A stretch of 64,000 bases of DNA from an uncultured delta proteobacterium (GTDB lineage: Bacteria > Desulfobacterota > RBG-13-43-22): the NCBI GenBank assembly GCA_963790475.1, contig CAWBOS010000015.1, positions 480,001 through 544,000 on the forward strand. Direction: 5' to 3'. The notes beneath the pieces are model-generated. The model was given only the letters and a program-made list of their open reading frames with translations, ran no database searches and had not been told where the DNA came from. A program made the translations under genes and the position numbers. Positions 62,663 through 64,000 of this stretch are shown here, one piece after another (within the stretch, counting starts at the first letter, position 1; every line of letters begins with the position of its first letter).

Positions 62663-63582
62663 AATCGGGAAGCAGATTAGAAAAGATATTATCCGGCGGT
62701 CACTTCGCCGTAACCGGTGAATGCGGTCCTCCGAGGAATGCCAATCCGGATGTAGTCCGGCAAAAAGCGGCTCACCTGAAAGGTATGGTCGATTCCGTCA
62801 ATGTGACCGATAATCAAACGGCCGTAGTTCGCATGTCCAGTCTGGCCGGCTGTTTGATTTTGATACAGGAAGGGTTGGAACCTAATTTACAGATGGTGGT
62901 CCGGGACCGGAACCGGATTGCCCTTCAAAGCGACATTTTAGGAGCCTATGCCTTAGGGGTTCGTAATATGCTCTGCCTCTCCGGAGATCATCAGAAATTC
63001 GGGGACCATCCCTCGTCCAAAAACGTCTTTGATTTGGATTCGATGCAGCTTATTCAGACCGTCAAGAAAATGCGGGACGAAGGAAAATTCATAAACGATC
63101 AGGCTATTGAATATCCTCCCAAGATGTTTATCGGCGCCGCGGCCAATCCCTTTGCCGACCCGGCAGAATTCCGGGCGGTCCGCCTGGGGAAAAAAGTGGC
63201 CGCCGGGGTGGATTTCGTCCAGACCCAATGTATCTATAATTTAGACCGCTTTGAAAAATTCATGCAGCAGGTTCGGGATATGGGAATTGATGAAAAAGTT
63301 TATATCCTGGGCGGTGTAACCCCTATGAAATCGGTTGGTATGGCCAACTACATGAAGAACCTGGTGCCCGGCATGGATGTGCCGGAGGAGGTTATCAACC
63401 GGATGAAAGGCGTGGCCAAAAAAGACCAGACCAAAGAGGGGATCGCCATAGCCATTGAGACCATCCAGCGCCTGAAGGCCATGAAAGGTATTGCCGGGGT
63501 CCATATCATGGCCATTGAATGGGAAGAACGGGTTCCCGAGATCGTCGAGATGGCCGGATTGCTTCCCAGACCCGAAGTCTGA
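62659..63582 (+). CDS. metF: Methylenetetrahydrofolate reductase
   Basis: GECGPP, NVTDNQ, RDRNRIALQ, SGD and QTQ motifs; ATGA overlap with metV. Confidence 0.93.
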   Translation: MKSGSRLEKILSGGHFAVTGECGPPRNANPDVVRQKAAHLKGMVDSVNVTDNQTAVVRMSSLAGCLILIQEGLEPNLQMVVRDRNRIALQSDILGAYALGVRNMLCLSGDHQKFGDHPSSKNVFDLDSMQLIQTVKKMRDEGKFINDQAIEYPPKMFIGAAANPFADPAEFRAVRLGKKVAAGVDFVQTQCIYNLDRFEKFMQQVRDMGIDEKVYILGGVTPMKSVGMANYMKNLVPGMDVPEEVINRMKGVAKKDQTKEGIAIAIETIQRLKAMKGIAGVHIMAIEWEERVPEIVEMAGLLPRPEV

Positions 63583-63678
63583 TTTCTGACTACGGAATTC
63601 GGAATCGAATGGATTAAAGCCTTCGGTCGCAATGCCTGCAGGCCGTTGAATGGGGTCGGAGCGAAATCCGGAAAGAAT

Positions 63679-63711
63679 AAAAAAGCCGCCTGGTAACGGG
63701 CGGCTTTTTTT
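63679..63711. terminator. Bidirectional terminator
   Basis: AAAAGCCGCC...GGCGGCTTTT between convergent genes. Confidence 0.8.
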
Positions 63712-63741
63712 GTTCAAATCAAGCAAAAGAAAAAAGTTTCT

Positions 63742-64000
63742 TTATAAAGATTTCAATTTTTTCCGGGCTATTTTGGCCTGGCTGGATTTAGGGAAATCCT
63801 TGACGATTTTTTCCAGAAGGAGCCGGGCACTGCCGCTGGTGTCCTTCAGGCTGAGGAATGATAGGGCCTGTTTATAAAGGGCTTCGGGGATATGTCTGCT
63901 TTTGGGATAGGACTTGATCAAATTCTGGTAAGTCAGGATGGCTTCTTCATAATCTTTTGTCCCGTAAATGGATTCGGCTAATCCGAATCGGGCTTCTTCA
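63742..64000 (-). CDS. TPR protein, CpoB/YbgF-like C-terminus (partial)
   Basis: Manual translation EARFGLAESIY..KDYEEAILTYQ.LIK.YPKS..IPEALYKQ...ARLLLEKIVKDFPKS..AKIARKKL. Confidence 0.75.
   Translation of the reverse strand, partial: EEARFGLAESIYGTKDYEEAILTYQNLIKSYPKSRHIPEALYKQALSFLSLKDTSGSARLLLEKIVKDFPKSSQAKIARKKLKSL

Overview
Bacterial chromosomal window, most consistent with an anaerobic Desulfobacterota/deltaproteobacterial genome (inferred from gene content). The left part (1-30 kb) holds acyl-CoA/hydrolase genes, a sigma54-type PEP-CTERM locus, a radical SAM protein, a beta-CASP nuclease, LOG, PolX, AOR and two YkgJ proteins. It is interrupted by an unclassified transposase-like element, an IS110 remnant and an attC-containing toxin-antitoxin cluster with no integrase. 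The middle (~30.7-47.8 kb) looks like a decayed island next to tRNA-Glu/tRNA-Lys. It carries an integrase remnant, DUF1257/DUF2997 remnants, an ISL3 whose ends can be mapped exactly, and a co-directional ~11-gene cluster around a 1213-aa tubulin/FtsZ-like protein with a C-terminal GYF_2-like domain. The right part is a C1/redox cluster: purH-like, folE2 and nfnAB divergent from fhs-hdrL-mvhD(Sec)-metV-metF. The most unusual observations are the tubulin-like membrane-associated cluster, the unclassified element at 2.1-4.0 kb, and a 41-nt structured motif shared by the leaders of two unrelated transposase genes and partly echoed in the IS110 3' end. All calls come from reading the sequence and recalled motifs; no database searches were run.
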